A stretch of 64,000 nucleotides of DNA from Eledone cirrhosa (lineage: Eukaryota), in the NCBI GenBank assembly GCA_964016885.1, contig OZ024752.1, positions 24,738,001 to 24,802,000 on the forward strand, in the 5' to 3' direction. The position numbers were made by a program, and so were the translations under genes. Under the pieces are notes generated by a model. That model had not been told where the DNA came from. It made no database searches and saw nothing but the letters and a program-made list of their open reading frames with translations. Shown piece after piece: positions 61,713 through 64,000 of this stretch. The number at the start of each line of letters is the position of its first letter. The stretch's first letter is position 1.

Positions 61713-62959
61713 CGTTCGACCGCCCCCCTCCCCCCACACTTATCCCCCACTAACACCACTAACACACCCCTCCTTTTCACCGCCCACCTCACACTAACAA
61801 TACTAACACCTCCACTCCACCCCTCATCTGACCACCCTTCCCCAACTAACATACTAACATCACTAACACCCCTCAACCTCACGCACACGTACCCACACAC
61901 CCTCGTACACCACCAACTCTACACACCCTACCACCACTAACTCCCACTCACATCTGCATTCCACCCTCCCCACCTCCCGTATACTAACACCCACTAACAC
62001 CTCTTCACCAAACTACACACACACCAGTACACCACACTCCCTCCATAGAACCACACACACCCTTCTCTCCCCGCTCCACACTCACTCATCCCACTAACAC
62101 CCCTACTAATACACACACACACACACACACTCACTCCAACTCTCACACCTACCCATCCTCGCCTCCCTACCATTCCACCGACTGCTGCTATGCCCTTCCG
62201 ACCACCTCTCAGCACCAACTGACCACAGCACTCCCACTGCTGACCACTTCCTGTTGCGCGCGCACCCCACATCTTTCCTCTTCCGACCACCGCTTCTTGG
62301 ATTACCCACACGCGAAATTGACTTCTAACCAAATCTCCAAACATCCGTGGAACTTACCAACTTTTCAACCATCCTCTTACGCCATCACCTATATAACTCA
62401 CCCACACACACACCCCCAAAAATTTTTTTTTATCCACACGCCACCCACACCACAACACGCTTAAACCACACACACGTGCTTCCCACCACATATTTACACC
62501 CTCAGCCTCCTGATTCCTCTCCCCCCACCCCCCTATCCACACACGCACAGACACTCCGACCCACAAAAACACCCCCCACACACACCTTCCTGAACATGCA
62601 ACCCCGTTCTTCCCCCAACCCTCACTTTCACATACACACACACACACACACGCACACCTAACCACACACACCACCTTCAGTCCTCCCCGCTCGGACACCC
62701 CGTCTCCCTCTCCCCACTCCACCCCTACTCACCCTACACCCTTCCACCACCTGTTTACCCCCCTTTTAATTTCAGTTCATTTTGATCATGCCTTTATTTT
62801 TAAATTTTCTCATTCCTTGTATTTTGATCATGCTTTATTTTTATTTATTATATTTTTTGTCTTTATTTGTTAATTTTTCATTCGCACCGTTTCCTTTCGC
62901 TATATGTCTCTCCACCACTCCCCTACACACCTTTTGAACTCTGTTCCCACACACTTCTC

Positions 62960-62992
62960 ACCTGAAGAAGGGCTTATACCCGAAACGTCGTC
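62960..62992 (+). ncRNA. Minimal hammerhead motif at the PLE 3' end
   Basis: CUGAAGA a-ggg-cuuaua-ccc GAAA cGUC; core intact and palindromic ACGU stem III, but local stem I is only ~2 bp. Confidence 0.7.
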
Positions 62993-63077
62993 CCCCACCT
63001 ACCCCCCACTCTCCTGAGCGTGAATTTAATAAACATTTATTGTACTGCCTCTCTGTTCTGTCCCTGTTCAATTTTTC

Positions 63078-63120
<43 letters not shown>

Positions 63121-63122
63121 AT

Positions 63123-63167
<45 letters not shown>

Positions 63168-63405
63168 AATGTATGTATGTGTATATGTGTATATATGTGT
63201 ATGTGTATGTAAGTGTACGTTTTATATATATGTGTATATGTATATATGTATGTGTGTGTAAGTATGCTTTTGTGTTTTTGTGTGTGTGTTTGCATGTGTA
63301 GTTTTATTTTATTTTTCCTTTCCTTCTCCCTTCTCCAGCCTCACTTTCATATAGATTGCATTTTTGTTTTTTAAAATCCAAATTCAATAAACAAACCAGG
63401 ATTTT

Positions 63406-63464
63406 TTCATTCTGAGGATTGAAAGCAAAACCTTTTGCTTTTAAGAAACCACTGGTAAATGGAA
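63406..63464 (+). ncRNA. Type I hammerhead ribozyme (family A), intact
   Basis: uucauu CUGAGGA uugaaagcaaaa-cc-uuuugcuuuuaa GAAA cc-acu-gg UA aaugga; long stem II, GUA triplet. Confidence 0.87.
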
Positions 63465-63683
63465 TAATTGCCTTATGTTGTTTATTACATAATAATAATA
63501 ATTAAGCTCTGTTGCCTACATAGAGCACTCTTTTTTCCTGGACTTTTCCGATGGAATTACTTCATTTATACAGCTCCAACCGGGATTGATCGAAGCATAT
63601 TCTATATTACATATACGATTGGCACTTTCCAGCCCCATTAGTTGAGCACTCTACAGTTTTCAGGAATTTAACCAACATACACC

Positions 63684-64000
63684 ATGGACCTTTATGATTT
63701 GGATTATTCAATCAAAAATATACCCACTCCTTCCAACACAACTTACACCAAAATCCTCATAGATAAAATCGAACAAGTCGTTAAAAGAATGAGATGGAAG
63801 GCAATGGTTTACGATGGACTATTCAGTGCTGATACTAAAGATTGTTTTGACATTAAATCCCGTAAATATCCACCTAGAATTAAAGACATGGCCAACTTCG
63901 AATTAGACCTCGTTAATCTAATTAGTGATATCAAATTTCGTAAGTACAATAATAACTTTCAAACTAAACTTTCTAACGATATTTCTAATTTTAGAAATTC
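63684..64000 (+). CDS. Naiad-type PLE ORF, N-terminus (partial, open to window end)
   Basis: MDLYDLDYSIKNIPTPSNTTYTKILIDKIEQVVKRMRWKA...; paralog of 23903-24373. Confidence 0.85.
   Translation, partial: MDLYDLDYSIKNIPTPSNTTYTKILIDKIEQVVKRMRWKAMVYDGLFSADTKDCFDIKSRKYPPRIKDMANFELDLVNLISDIKFRKYNNNFQTKLSNDISNFRN

Larger units (their letters stand above)
58650..63080 (+). mobile_element. Near-intact, extremely C-rich Penelope-like element (Neptune-type)
   Basis: ORF region 58909-~61710; long C/A-rich 3' UTR; HHR at 62962; AATAAA at 63028. Confidence 0.9.
63300..64000 (+). mobile_element. 5' end of a Naiad-type PLE (family A), runs off the window
   Basis: Leader homologous to 24374-24720 (reverse complement); HHR at 63406. 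Confidence 0.88.

Overview
AT-rich, microsatellite-dense eukaryotic (metazoan) genomic DNA. The C2H2-ZNF style, RTE LINEs and SINE families suggest an octopod cephalopod (inference). Host genes are limited to one intact 9-finger C2H2 zinc-finger ORF (1078-1986) and one decaying ZNF (36471-37650). The rest is nested transposons: a full-length Ty3/Gypsy element with near-identical LTRs, two Helitrons (one with RepHel and a nested hAT), RTE LINEs, tRNA-derived SINEs, MITEs, a Merlin fragment and six Penelope-like element (PLE) coding regions. The most notable signal is invisible in the ORF track: about 13 type I hammerhead ribozyme (HHR) motifs in at least four sequence families. Three belong to a non-coding ~420-bp tandem repeat that looks like a non-LTR retrozyme (12.7-13.6 kb and 27.5-28.0 kb). 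It carries a minimal HHR with compensatory stem I changes, a conserved ATGCAAAT octamer and a conserved hairpin. Most of the other HHRs sit in PLE pseudo-LTRs, some arranged as large palindromes. All calls come from reading the sequence by eye; no searches or folding programs were run, and boundaries of degraded elements are approximate.
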